Below are positions 1-12,999 of a DNA stretch of 52,829 nt, piece by piece (within the stretch, counting starts at the first letter, position 1; the number at the start of each line of letters is the position of its first letter). Under the pieces are notes generated by a model. It did not search any database, had not been told where the DNA came from, and saw only the letters and a list, made by a program, of their open reading frames with translations. Both the position numbers and the translations under genes were made by a program. This DNA comes from Octopus bimaculoides (Eukaryota), in contig NC_069003.1 of the NCBI RefSeq assembly GCF_001194135.2, positions 6,313,996-6,366,824 of the forward strand, written 5' to 3'.

Positions 1-171
1 TTATACTTTAAATATATTTTATCATCAAAGAATGTATATATGCATTTTAATACTCAAACTGTTTTTTAACATTTTTTATTATTCTCAAAGACTTTTTGAT
101 AATCTTTTTCTAAAAAAGTGAAACCGGTTAAGTAAATAAATATTTTAAAAAATAAGTGCATTTTCAAACCT

Positions 172-212
<41 letters not shown>

Positions 213-699
213 TAAATTTATGTATATATTGCTAGGCTATACATCAACTGACAGTGTAGTACATATATGGTTAACATGGATGATGGTGATGATGATGACG
301 ATGACGACAACAACGATGATCATGATTATGATGATGATGATGGTGGCGGTGGTGGTGGCGATAGCGACTGCAGTGGTGATGCTGGCGTTGGCAACAACAA
401 TGACCATGTTGATGATGTCGATAATGCTGATGATCATTACCCGCTTCTACTCAAGTCCATCCTTCTATCTTTGAAGCACTGTGACTGCGGCCATGCTGTA
501 GCATCCTCACTATTGTTGTTAATAATGTTAGATAATCCCCTCAAGCTTATTCTCTTGTATGTGCAATATGCAGCTGCACACTTGCAGACACCAACAGCAG
601 GTGTCTTCACTCGTTATAGAACACAACTTTTCACTTTTCATCTTCAAGACTCTTTAATCAATTACTCACCATTTTCTGAAGACAATTCCAGCTGAATTC

Positions 700-1023
700 T
701 GCACACACACACACACACATGTATGTATAGATACACATGCACTTATACATGTGTGTGTGTGTGTGTGCGTGTGCATATGTGACTATATGTATGAAAGACA
801 CGTGCATACTTATGCACATATATATATATATATTGAATGTGTGTATGTGTGTGCGTGCGTGTGTAAATATATATATACATATATATATATACACACATGC
901 CTGCATACAAAAGTATTTATTTTTATAGACATTAAGATATATATCATGTATGAACATACACATACACACGCAAACATACATACGTCAAATTTACACACAC
1001 TAAAACACATGAGTGTGTGCATG

Positions 1024-1058
<35 letters not shown>

Positions 1059-1090
1059 ATACATATATATATGTATATATATATATGTAT

Positions 1091-1121
<31 letters not shown>

Positions 1122-1340
1122 CATACATACACACATATATATACATACATATATACATATATATACATACATATACACACACACACGCGCGCATAGACAC
1201 ACACACATATATATAGATATATACACAAATACAAAATATATAGACATTTATGTGTGTGTATATGTATGCATGTATATTTACACACACACCCACCCGTATG
1301 TAAGTATGTATGCAGGTGAGTATGCATATATCTATGTATG

Positions 1341-1401
<61 letters not shown>

Positions 1402-1777
1402 TGGAAGTGTTTAAATATTTATGCGTATATGTACATATATACGTATGAACTCTTAATCATCAGTACCTTATGTGTGTCACGAGGTCTGACATTGTATTAA
1501 ATAACTGTGTCACCATATATAAACCATTTAACAGAATGGGGAAAGAATTGTGGATTCTATAGACGGCAGAGGAGAAGAAAAGTTTGCGCTAAATTAAAGG
1601 GAAGTGTTTATTAGTGTACATATATCTATATCTATCTATCTATCTATATCTATATATATATATATATGCATGTATGTATACATGTACATGCATACCTACA
1701 TACATACATACAAACATACATTTCAAGTGAGTATGTGTATTTCTGTGCAAATATATCTCACTGTGTGTGTATGTAGT

Positions 1778-1815
<38 letters not shown>

Positions 1816-2200
1816 TAATCAGGAAGTTAATTGTTATGGGCAGTCACACATAGATATATGCACATGTACAGACATGCATGCATATATACATACATATATA
1901 GACACACACACACACATATATATATATGTATGTACATATATATATATATGTATATATATACTACAAACTTATATAAACATATTTATTTTGTACATATCTA
2001 TTATGCACATGCACAGTTACATATACACGTTATATGTATATAAACATGCATGTATGAATGAATGTATATAAATACACACACACTCACAAATGCCTATATA
2101 TATTTTATAAATACTCATCTTATAAGAATATGTATATATATGTTTATATATATATGGCTGTGTGTGTATGCGTACATGTGTGTGTGTGTGTGTGTAAAAT
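700..2200. repeat. Compound (TA)n/(CA)n/(TATG)n microsatellite field
   Basis: Directly visible. Similar fields at 5000-5860, 11220-11480, 35190-35400, 38490-39170, 40720-41170, 47520-48265, 49216-50380 and 52430-52829. These produce the spurious YI/CV/HT ORFs. Confidence 0.97.
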
Positions 2201-2589
2201 TGTGTTTGTTATTGTACGTCTCAAACTTCGTTGTTCCTTTGTGAAGTCACATGATGCCGATTTCTTTGCGGATGTTCTAACTTCCAAGGAAATAGCAGAC
2301 TTGAATGACATTGTACATCGGATCATAAAACAACATCACAATGAACAACATGAATAGAAGCAGCAGCAGCAGTAGTAGTAGTATCGATAATATAAATGAT
2401 GATGATGATGATGTTTGTTTATACTATAGGCACAAGGCCTGGAATTTTTAGGGGAGAGGGCTAGTTGATTACTTCGACCCCCAGTTCTTGACTGTTACTT
2501 TATTCTATTGATCCCCTTCCTTTAAAGATAAGAGGCAAAGTTAACCTCAACACATAATTTGAACTCAGAATGTAAGGAATGCAATAATG

Positions 2590-2830
2590 TATGGTGAAGA
2601 TGACGAGGAGGAGAAGAACAGGCGAATGATAATAATGATGATGACGAAGATGATGATGATGATGAAGATGATGATGACAACAAATATGAAGACAACGAAG
2701 ATGATGACGATGATGATGAAGATGATGATGGCGACAAACATGACGATGACAATGATGACGACAACGATGACAATGATGATGATGATGGTGATAATGATAG
2801 AGGTGGTGGTGGTGGTGATGGTGACACACA
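2590..2830. repeat. Degenerate (GAT)n trinucleotide repeat
   Basis: Directly visible. Related arrays at 280-440 (GAT), 37935-38280 (CAT), 40560-40650 (CTA/CTG) and 44995-45120 (TTA/CAT). Confidence 0.97.
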
Positions 2831-3185
2831 TTATGCAGTGGGGTACATGTGTTTTTGGTCGTGGTCGTGGGCTGAGGTGGGGTGGGGGTACAATTAATAA
2901 GAGTTTGTGTTGGTCCTATGATCCCCCATAAGAATGAAAGACAGACCAAGACATTGCCAGTGAGAAAATATATAATTGCCTTTCACTTGCCAATTTAGAG
3001 AGGAGTAAAAAGGACCCACAAAAATGCTTTTAATTACCTTAAATCTGTTGGTCTTGGTTGTAGACGCTTCTTCCCAAGAAAATATGGCTCAAAGTCTTCT
3101 GTCTTCAGTCTGTGAGCATAATCTATATAACCCGACATTTCATGGCCTCGAAAGTTCTTGTCTCGAATGAATATAATCGTCTACA

Positions 3186-3408
3186 GAGAAAGAATAATAG
3201 GAAGAATAAGAGAGGAAGAATAACAAAGAAAGAATAAGAGAGGAAGAATAAGAGAGGAAGAATAGCAGAGGAAGAATAAGAGAGGAAGAATAACAGAGAA
3301 AGAATAACAAGAAGAATAAGAGAGGAAGAATAAGAGAGGAAGAATAACAGAGGAAGAATAGCAGAGGAAGAACAACAGAGGAACAATAACAGAGGAAGAA
3401 TAACAGAG
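3186..3408. repeat. 14/16-bp purine-rich minisatellite (AGAGGAAGAATAAC / AGAGAGGAAGAATA)
   Basis: Directly visible tandem units. Confidence 0.95.
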
Positions 3409-3562
3409 AAATACAGGTACAACTCATTTTTGCCAGCTGAGTGAACTGGAGCAACGTGAAATAAAGTGTCTTGCTCAAGGACACAACGCATCGCTGGGAA
3501 TTGAACTCCTGACCTTACGATCGTGAACCGAATACCCTAACCACTAAGCCATGTGCCTTCAT
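3406..3562 (-). mobile_element. tRNA-derived SINE family A, 5' part
   Basis: Shares TTTTGCCAGCTGAGTG.ACTGGAGCAACGTGAAATAAAGTGTCTTGCTCAAG with other copies. tRNA-like head lies at the right end. Confidence 0.85.
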
Positions 3563-3819
3563 ATTAACACTAACCTTAGCCTCAACTCTAACACTACCAA
3601 ACCTTACCACAAGCACTAACCCTAGCGTCATACACTAACCTTAACTATAATTTGTAACCACCAAACCTAACCCTTATCGTTAACTAGCAGCCCTAATCAT
3701 TAATCCCTGCTACTGACCTTAGTAATTGACATCAACCATTAACCTCAACAACCCACCCGAACAGTCAACCCCAACTACAAGCACCTCAAACACAAAACTC
3801 AATCACTAACCCTTCACTA

Positions 3820-4135
3820 GCACTCCATCGGTTATGAGGAGAGTTCGAGTTGATATGATCATTGAACAGCCTGATTGTAAAATGGACATGCAAGTGGCTG
3901 AGTACTACACAGACACACGTACACTTAATGCAGTTCTCAGTGAGATTCAGCATGACACAGAATGTGACAAGACTTCCCCTTTTGAATTACAGGTACAACT
4001 CACTTTTGCCAGTTGAGTGGACCAGAGCAACATGAAGTAAAGTGTCTTGCTGAAGGAATACAATGTGCCGCTGGGAAATCGAACTCATGATCCTGTAAGA
4101 CAGAATACCATAACCATTAAGCCACATGCCTTCAC
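3820..4135 (-). mobile_element. tRNA-derived SINE family A, full-length and decayed
   Basis: Collinear with 24692-25014 and with the reverse complement of 18293-18612 and 43364-43688. Confidence 0.85.
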
Positions 4136-4284
4136 CAACCCTAACTGCTCATCCTAACTCTAATCCTAATTGCCAATCCCAACTCCAACCGCAATCATTA
4201 ATCCTAACTCTAACCCTAACCCTTGTCTCGAACCCCTCTCACAAAACTCTAACCCTAATCCCTGTCTTGAACCCCTCTCACAAA

Positions 4285-4556
4285 ACAGAGAAAGAATAAT
4301 AGGAAGAATAACAGAGAAAGAATAACAAAGGAAGAATAAGAGAGGAAGAATAAGAGAGGAAGAATAACAGAGAAAGAATAAGAGAGGAAGAATAACAGAG
4401 GAAGAATAACAGAGGAAGAATAACAGTGGAAGAATAACAGAAAAAGAATAAGAGAGGAAGAATAGCAGAGGAAGAATAACAGAGAAAGAATAAGAGAGGA
4501 AGAATAACAGAGGAAGAATAGCAGAGAAAGAATAACAGTGGAAGAATAACAGAAAA
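4285..4556. repeat. Second array of the same 14/16-bp minisatellite
   Basis: Same units as 3186-3408, flanked by a direct repeat of about 77 bp. Confidence 0.95.
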
Positions 4557-5228
4557 ACCCTAACCTTAACCCTTGTCTCGAACCCCTCTCACAAAACTCT
4601 AACCCTAATCCCTGTCTTGAACCCCTCTCACAAAACTCTAACTGTGACCACTCCTCAAAACACATCTTTTTGTCTTTGGCCATCCTTCCCCCCACCTCTT
4701 CCCATTAACCTTATTTGTGCACTTGTTGTTGCTATATTCATTTGTGTTTGGGGTCACTCTCGAAGAATTTATTAGTCTGAAAATAAATAGGTGACAAAAA
4801 CACAAAACAAACAAAAAAAAAATATGTAGCAAATTCTTCTGCGAAGAACAGAATAGAACATGGAGTCAATTATTCTTAGAATATTCTGAGTTCCTGAACA
4901 ACATTTGGCATTTTCGGTGCTAGAATATTATTTTTAATTAGATGTAAATGGAGAAATATTGAAGATTGGTTATAAGAAAACTAACAGAAATACCATGAAA
5001 CATACATATATACACAAACACAAACACACATGCATACCTACACATACATACATACACAATCACACATATATACATTGCGAGTGTGCATATATTTACATAT
5101 ATGCATGCATACATACATATTTATGTGTGTGTAAAAGTGTGTATTTGTATGTATGTGCATTTATGTATATGGACATTCATAAATGTATGTACTTAGGAAG
5201 TTTTCATACATCTTTAAACATTAGTATG

Positions 5229-5354
<126 letters not shown>

Positions 5355-6031
5355 TACACACATATAAAAAGAGAGAGAGATACACACATATAAAGAGAGA
5401 GAGAGAGAAGCAGTGAAAGAGAAAGATAGATCACATATACATAAGTGAATGTAGGTACATATGCATATTTATACATACATACATATATGTATGTGTATAT
5501 ATGTCTATCTCCCCCCTCTGTCTATCTATCTAGCTCACTATATGTACATACACACACATATACACCAGGGGCGTGCCGCCAAGATAGGCAAGGTAGGCAG
5601 TGTATACATGCTGTGTACACTGCTACAACACCGTTTTCTTTACATGCTAAAAGGCAGAAGTAAACCTGCCTTCAACTCAGTCGTGTGCCTGTGTTTCACT
5701 TATTCTATATATACACATGTGCATGTGTGTACACACACATACACACATATATATATATATATATATATAGATAGATAGATAGATAGAAATATAGATATAT
5801 AGATATATATAGATATATACACATATATACATGTGTGTGTACATACACACACACACACGTGCATGAAGGGTGTTCATTAACGATTTCTCCTGACCCACTT
5901 CCGGTTATTGCAGGAAACAGAACTTGGACAAATATAATCATACATGTCTCTACATGTCACATTGTAAATTGTAGCTCTCTACTAGTATTCATTTGTCTTT
6001 TAAGGCTGCTGAAGTGGACTAAGCAGTTATA

Positions 6032-6625
6032 ATGCAGGCAGTTGAATGCAGATCAGTGGTCAGCTTCTTATACTTGAAAGGTTGTACACCAAAAGAGACT
6101 TCCAATGAGATGAAAGAAGTTTATAGTGATGATGCACCATCATACGATGTAGTCAAGCACTGGCATCACCAGTTCATACATGGTCAGACATCGGTGGAAA
6201 ATGCTCCTATTCCTGGATGGCCACATTCCACCATTGATGGCGACACCATCCATAAAGTGGAAGCTGCCATTTTGAAGGTTCGCTACATAACTATTCAGTA
6301 ACTAACCGAAGAAGTGAAGATAAATGTAGGGTCCATGGAAAAAAAAAATCATTCATGACTATTTGCACGTGTGGAGGTTGTCTACAAGATGGATTCCCCG
6401 GATGTTCACACCTTTTCAGAAGCAGGAACAAGTCAATTGCACCCAGGCTCTGTTGGTAATGTGCCAAGAAAACAAAGGGGACTTTTTCGGCAGACTTATC
6501 ACACAGAATGAAACATGGGTCCATCACTATGATCCTGAGACTAAAATCCAGTCGAAGCAATAGGAGTATGATAACTCACCACCTCGAACGAAGGCTTGTG
6601 TCCAACCCTTAGCAGGGAAGGTGAT
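6032..6625 (+). mobile_element. Mariner transposase remnant (N-terminal HTH to first catalytic Asp region)
   Basis: MQAVECRSVVSFLYLKG..PSYDVVKHW..F, then RWIPRMFT (WVPHEL motif) and RLITQNETWVHHYDPETKIQSKQ (TGDETW motif). Contains stops and frameshifts. Confidence 0.93.
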
Positions 6626-7118
6626 GTCTTTAGTTGGAGTTATGAACTCTTTTCTTCAAAAACTCCAACTAAAAACATTTGTCTCCCCTTACACACACTT
6701 CCTGCTTAACACAAACTTTTAACCCTTTTTTAAATCTAACACAACTCTCAATTCTCATGCATCCTTATTTTTCCAACGATTATCTACATGAATTACCATT
6801 GAACTTCAAAAGCTCAAAGACAATATAATGTATTGGTATATTTATTTTTTTATATATTATTTTTTTTATATAATATTTTCTTCATTTTGTACTTCTTTGT
6901 AAAAAACATTTTCATTCTCCCTCTTCTTGAAAATTTGCTTCGCAATGAAAGCCAGTTAGAGAAATCTTTATTAAAATATGCTTCCAGTTTAGCATTCTGC
7001 CTTATTATTATTTTTCATTTTCCTATTATTTCTCCACGTGCGGTTAACACAACCCCACTATTTACTGACGCTAGCATGGAAAGCAGACGTTAAACGACGA
7101 TGAATGATGATGATGATG

Positions 7119-7151
<33 letters not shown>

Positions 7152-7260
7152 TATATATATATATATATACATACATATGCATGCATACATACGTACATAC
7201 ATACGTAAATGTAAAATGATGAAATGAGTGCTCAACACTGCATTGGTGGATAAATAATTT

Positions 7261-7821
7261 CTTTATTTGTGAATTAAGGCTACCATTGGTTTCATGTTAA
7301 GGAGAGTAGGAAAATATCCAAGTATCTTAACAATTTTTCTAGCCAATCACATGGAGAAAGGTGTTCACCTCCATTTTGGAAAACAATATCGTTTTGTTCA
7401 CAGGATATTTGTTCATTCACGTAAATGAAACAATGAATCAAGGGACGTTACTCTACAAGGCATATGAGGGGTGTGTTTGTCTGCAGTGGATTTGTCTTTT
7501 TCGGTAAATTTCTTAATTGTTTTTGTATTATTTGTTTGATTTTGTTTTGGGCATAGTGTTTTAGTACTTGTATGTTGAGGTTGTACGTCATTCAGAGACA
7601 AACCCCACCAAAATACCTTCTAGAGTAATGTCACTTGATTCATTATTTCATTGTTTCATTTATGCAAATTTACAAGAAACCTCATGAATGAAATGAGGTT
7701 GTTTTCCAAAATGGAGGTGAACACCTTTCTCCATGTGATCGGCTAGAAAAATTGTTAAGATACTTGGATTTTTCCTACTCTTCTTAACATGAAACTAATG
7801 GTAGCCATAATTCAGAAATAC

Positions 7822-7823
<2 letters not shown>
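7261..7823. mobile_element. Foldback MITE with very long terminal inverted repeats
   Basis: 7261-7385 and 7700-7823 are near-perfect reverse complements (GGCTACCATT.GTTTCATGTTAAG.AGAGTAGGAAAA..CACCTCCATTTTGGAAAACAA). Looser pairing continues to about 7456/7620. No ORF. Confidence 0.9.
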
Positions 7824-7862
<39 letters not shown>

Positions 7863-8329
7863 TATATAAATGATTTAACATCACTCTTCCATGGATGGGA
7901 TGGTCAGTTTGATGTGATCCAATATACCCGTAGGATTGTGCTGCATGAAGTCCCAATATCTGCTTCCACCTGTTTTTTACAACTAGATACCCTTCCTAAT
8001 GCAGGAAAAAAGAAACATGGTTTTGTGGGATCAATGGAGATTAAAATATCGCCAATGATGTTGCGAAGAACACGGTTTCGAGGAAGAGTGGGAGGGAAAA
8101 TAGGAGTGCTGGAAAGGAAAGAAGAATAAGAGGTGAGAAAAATAGGATTTAGGTCATAAATGCACAAGTATGTGTGTGTATGAGTGGGTGGGTGTGTGCG
8201 AATGAATTTCTGTGTATGCATGCGTGTATATATACACATATGTTTGTATATGTGTGTGTGTTTATATATCTATATATATGTGAGTTTGTGTGTGTGTGTA
8301 AACCCGCATAACTTCTGAAGTTCACAACT

Positions 8330-9124
8330 GACTTTCTCCAAACTGGGAACATACATTACTTATGTTCCAGGGATGGCTTTAGACTCTTAAAAGTTTTCAC
8401 ATAACACACCCTCTGAGTTATGTGCGAGAAGGGAGGTAACTCTTTGACTCTTTGCAAAGTAACTTTCTGAAATGGATTGTCTCCCTCACATCCATTGGTC
8501 AAAAAATTATCTCGATCTCAATTGGCTATGTGAAAGAGCAATACTGGATCCAAAAAACAGCACTGTAAGTAAAATTAATGAACAGCTTCTGCAATACCTT
8601 CCCGGAAGACCTCACATTTATAAGTCATTTGATACAATCCCAGATCCAGAAGAGGTAGTAAATTGTCCAACAGAATTTCTCAATTCATTGGAGCCTGCAG
8701 GACTATCTCCCTATAGATTGGAACTCCAGTAATGTTATTGAGGGATTTTGATCCACCAACACTCAGCAATGCGACACAACTGGCGGTAAAGATGATGCCA
8801 CATGTTATTGTGGCCATCATTCTCTCTGGATGTGGAAAAAGAGAGTATATTTTCATACCCAGAATTCCTATCTTTCCACTGGGAGCAGAAATTCCTTTTT
8901 CACTCAGAAGAGTGCAGTTTCCTATTTGTATCAGCTTTGTAATGTCTATCAATAAATCCCAGGGTCAAACACTGTCTGTAATAGAACTTCACTAAGAAGA
9001 GTCATGCTTCTCACACAAGCGATTAAATGTTGGCTACTTTGAGTGGGAAGCAAAAAAAAAAAATCCATTTGCATTTGTTCCACAGGGGAAAACAAAGAAT
9101 ATTGTTTACCAAGAGGTTTTGTAG
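8330..9124 (+). mobile_element. Helitron RepHel helicase (PIF1-like) C-terminal remnant
   Basis: WLCERAILDPKN, PTEFLNSLEPAGLSP, MLLRDFDPP.LSNAT, FIPRIP, LRRVQFPICISFVMSINKSQGQTL and terminal GKTKNIVYQEVL*. Frameshifted. Confidence 0.93.
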
Positions 9125-9290
9125 GAATTACTACATCCTACAATGCACTCCAGTATCCACTGCTCTTTGTGAATAGTGAAGATGGATACCGTTTTGGCAA
9201 TAATACCAACAAACCCAAACACTTCATCAACAAAGCAGTTTCCAGCATGGAGTTCAGTATCAAGCATATTCTCCAATTACTCCCACCAAC
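9125..9290 (+). mobile_element. Helitron RepHel N-terminal region fragment
   Basis: SYNALQYPLLFVNSEDGY...KAVSSMEF resembles the conserved SYDALQYPLLF..GEDGY...VS.M.F block that lies upstream of the Rep domain. Confidence 0.7.
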
Positions 9291-9319
9291 CTCGTCAATG
9301 GCATTCATTTCTGACATTC

Positions 9320-9560
9320 CACCCATGCCCTCTCAGATGACTCTTTAGTCCCGTTACAGAAGCAAGGGTGACGAACGAAAGTTCTAACTTACTGTCTGCG
9401 CTTTGAACTGGTTTGGTGTGCAGACGCCGCTCCTTTCTAACTTCATATGACTTTCAGCAGATGTGATGACAAATGAGGACACCATAAAGAGACATATCTG
9501 TACGTCATTGGATTCTAGTGATAACCACTTGTGCAGCATGAGTATCATTCTCTGAGTCTC
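9320..9560 (-). mobile_element. RTE-like LINE ORF2 C-terminal remnant
   Basis: Minus frame KSYEVRKERR...ASVTGLKSHLRGH resembles the terminal S..GL.SH.R.H motif of RTE-type elements. Degenerate. Confidence 0.55.
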
Positions 9561-11272
9561 TATGATTAGTACCCTAGGGACAGGCCAAAGCAAGATGACC
9601 AGTAATCACCGGAAACTACAGAGTGACCGTCTCCAAGAAGGATGCTGTGACAACAGCAAAGGATCCCTCACTCCTGGAGGTTTTACTGGGTGCCCTGACA
9701 CCAACCAAAGGTATTTCTGTGTCCCCACACTTAGGATCAATTGTCATCACATAAACCTGGGACCCTGACAGGTATTACTACTCGGGTCAGTGTAGACCTG
9801 AAAGCAATAGTGATTAGGGGGTGGTTCAGCACTTTTGAAAAACTCTGGAGCTCCTGATACAGAACCTCACAACTAAATGTAGTTTAAAGTCATACCCAGC
9901 GTGTGTACTCTCTTTCTCTTTCTTTCTCTCTCTCTCTCTCTCTCGCTCACACACACACACAGTATAATATATAATGACGGACCCTCCCGTCGAAGACTTC
10001 ATGAGTGTTGAGTTTTTGCCAAACGACCTGCACAAATGATTTGTTTATTGTGATCGAGTGTTCGTGCCGCGCATTAGTTCACTCTCTCCATCAAATTGAT
10101 GTTACCTGAACAGGTGCACAGGGTACCACAGGTCAGGTGTCGAAGTGTTCGCAGAGTAACATAAGACGAAGTATTTTGCTCAAGAACACAAACATACCGC
10201 CCGGTTTAGGAATTGAAACCACGATCACGTGATCATGAGTGCAACACCCCTAACAACTAGAACAAATAACAGCGATCCGACTGTTGCGTGTACTCTTGAC
10301 AAGAGATGCCAGTTAGTCTTTTACACCTACCAGGCTCATTCGTATTAGCCTGAGTTGCTGGATAATTTTTGTTCCTTTAAGAATGTTGTAGAATGGAAAC
10401 TTTTCATAGATTAGAATTTAAATCCTAATCTCTATAGAAATTTATTGTTTCAAGAAAACATTGAATTTGGATTACTTTTCATTTTTACGATTATAGGTAA
10501 AAGCTTGGGCTGTAACATCTGAGTCTGAGTCAGGTGTGTGTGAAATATGTCGAGAGAATGTCTGCTTCGAATGATGACCGCCAGATGCTGAATGAAAATA
10601 AACGAACTGCAACCAGGTTCAATAAAAGGAGCCTGAGTTGTTGGTTGCAATTACATACTTGAAGTTAGTGTTGGCAGAAATTAAATCAGCTTGAAAATAC
10701 ACGTTCACTTTACTAGATTTATACGGAGTCACCACTGAAGTATATATATGTATACATACATACTTACATACATATATATATAAATATATTCCAACACACA
10801 CACATACGACAAAGAATTAAAGTTTGAAGCACGAGGGGAAGATTGTGTATGTGTGTGTGAGAGAGAGAAAGAGAGAGAGAAATGTTAAAAAAAAAAACCT
10901 CACAGAAAAAACATCTGAATAAGTAATTTCCCCCTTCTCACTCTCTCTCCCATCTCACTCCTCACTTATCAGACCAAACAAGGAATCAATCAAAGCAAAT
11001 TGTGTCTGTCTCAGAACCGTAATTGGTAAAATGGTAACAATGAGACAGGAGGTGGGGACGGGGTTGAGATGGAATTTCCTTAAAAGATAATTGCAAGAAA
11101 TTTCATCTCCGCTTCATAATCACTAAACTATTTTTTATTTTATTATTTAGTTGTTTTGTTTTCATAGATTTTTTTTTTTAAACTTCTCTTTTTGTTTCTA
11201 TCAGTATTTCTCTCTATCTATTTCTGTGTGTATTAATATGTGTGTATATACAGGCATGCACATATGTATAAT

Positions 11273-11320
<48 letters not shown>

Positions 11321-12769
11321 TATATATATAGACATAGATATATGCATAGGTATAAATATATATACACACATACATATCGATATGGATATAGATATACATA
11401 CATACATATACACATATATATTTATATATATATATATATATATATTTTATACATACATACATACAAATATATATAATACATGTTCATCAAATGCTAAGCT
11501 CAGCACAGTGCCAAACCTAAACTTGCCATTTGTTTTACACGTCAGTTCTCGCAAAAACAAACAATTCTAGAGAACTGAAGGTACCACCACAACAACAGCA
11601 TAAACACCACCACCAATAACAACAAGGGCAACTCCTCCTCCTCCTCCTGAAACCAAAATTTTGAAATTCGAAAAAGAAAAAAAAAAAACCTGCTTAACTC
11701 TGTTACTGAAACTAAATTAAATCATTTTCTTAAGAATAAAAGAAAATTAAAAGTGACTTGTCTCCACTAACAAAATTTAGTGACTCAGTTATTGGCTTCA
11801 AATATTAATTGATTGATTGATTTGATCTGTAAAGTCTTTATCACGAGTTCAAAACCAAGATGTGCGAGATTTTATTTCTGTCCTTTTCCTATTTTTTTGC
11901 AAAAATTTTGTTTTTTAACTCTTTCTTTCATTGCAGTTTTTTTTTTTTTGAAGTGTGGTGCTGTGGGTAACAAACTCATTCTTGTAACTCCTTGGTTTTG
12001 AGTTCAGCCCCCAACAGTGCGGCCATGCTGGGGCACCACCTTTGCGATAAGAATGTTGTCATGTTGCAAGCCTGTCTGTTGCCTCAAGCAAGAGAATTTC
12101 CAGCACACTTTGCTTGTTTGAAAACCTGACTCCATACCACAATGATGCAACACTATGCTGTAATGCATGTACATAAAAACTTGAGCACTTTGGAGATTCT
12201 CTTGGAAAACTTCATTGCCAAAACGAGTGAGTATAGAAAATTTTTTTTTATGATTTGAAGCATTACTTTTCCATATATAATAATGAAAGATCTTACCTAT
12301 GTTTGTTTTGATATTAAGATTGAAAAAATCGGCTTTGTTTGTGAAAAAATTTGGATCTGAGTTTGCACCCACTAAGCAAATTTCATTCCGGGGCCACTGG
12401 TTATGGCAGGTATAAAGCAGAATTCCACCAATATTTCATTTATTTAGTTGACAACACGTGCAGTCATGCACAAAATGACAGCTTCCAAATCCTGTTTTCT
12501 GACTGAGTTAAAATGATCAAACTTTAAATCTCCATAATGTTTCTCAAAGAATTTTTTCTGGAAAAAGTGGCCTGTTTTCTGACCAGGTAAAAATCTGAGA
12601 TTCAGCGTGGAAAATTACATCAATACATCAAATTTTTTAAATTTTCACTAAGCTTTAAAACTTCTACAGGTGCAGCCAGACAGAAACGATCTTATCTACT
12701 TCTAACATGGTTTTAAGATTCAGTGTTACCATATTGTTTAATTAAACAATTTAAAGTTAAGGAGCTTAC

Positions 12770-12860
12770 CGTAATTTTCCCACTTCGATTAGCGTCTTCT
12801 CTTTTGGCGAGTTCCTTTAATAATGGATCCTTCAGGTCTTTACCAGCACTAACAAGAATC
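12770..12860 (-). CDS. CFAP299: CFAP299 coding exon 3
   Basis: Acceptor TTCCAG|G. Encodes (K)ILVSAGKDLKDPLLKELAKREDANRSGKIT, like human TLTSAGKDLQDNFLTALAMREEDNRSGKLS. 91 nt, donor ACG|GTAAGC. Phase 2 fits exon 2. Confidence 0.93.
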
Positions 12861-12999
12861 CTGGAAGTTTCAACAGACAACAATATAGAAGATACTGGTG
12901 ATAGGGTTAATCCTACAGTAGTTGGAGGGGAAGGGGGGTATCGAGATAATATTGATTTCAAATCTTGGTACAAATTCAACAATGTCAGGGAAGAGGCTA

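Noticed and set aside
660-700. Minus-strand mini-exon candidate CAG|AATTCAGCTGGAATTGTCTTCAGAAAATG|GTGAGT (NSAGIVFRK, faintly like CFAP299 NPEGLLFRY)
   Set aside because: Only about 29 nt, the acceptor lies in a (TG)n repeat, and it does not fit the expected CFAP299 exon size or sequence.
220-2071. Long ORFs rich in YI/CV/HT/M/D, and similar ORFs throughout the window including those spanning X runs
   Set aside because: They are translations of (TA)n, (CA)n, (GAT)n microsatellites or N-gaps, with no protein signal.
3186-4640. Regularly spaced repeats considered as a CRISPR-like array
   Set aside because: The units are contiguous with no unique spacers, no cas genes are present, and the DNA is eukaryotic.
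6629-6673. 13-bp perfect stem hairpin at the end of the mariner remnant
   Set aside because: It resembles a bacterial terminator, but the context is eukaryotic. Most simply a small palindromic scar at the deletion end; no function can be supported.
7900-8130. Open frames on both strands (e.g. minus EGYLVVKNRWKQILGLHAAQSYG..)
   Set aside because: No recognisable homology and no donor site; cannot be supported as an exon.
10450-10650. Minus ORF containing SFIFIQ, considered as CFAP299 exon 4 (SVIFIR)
   Set aside because: Similarity stops after six residues, and the diagnostic GQEISGYIDY motif is absent in all three frames.
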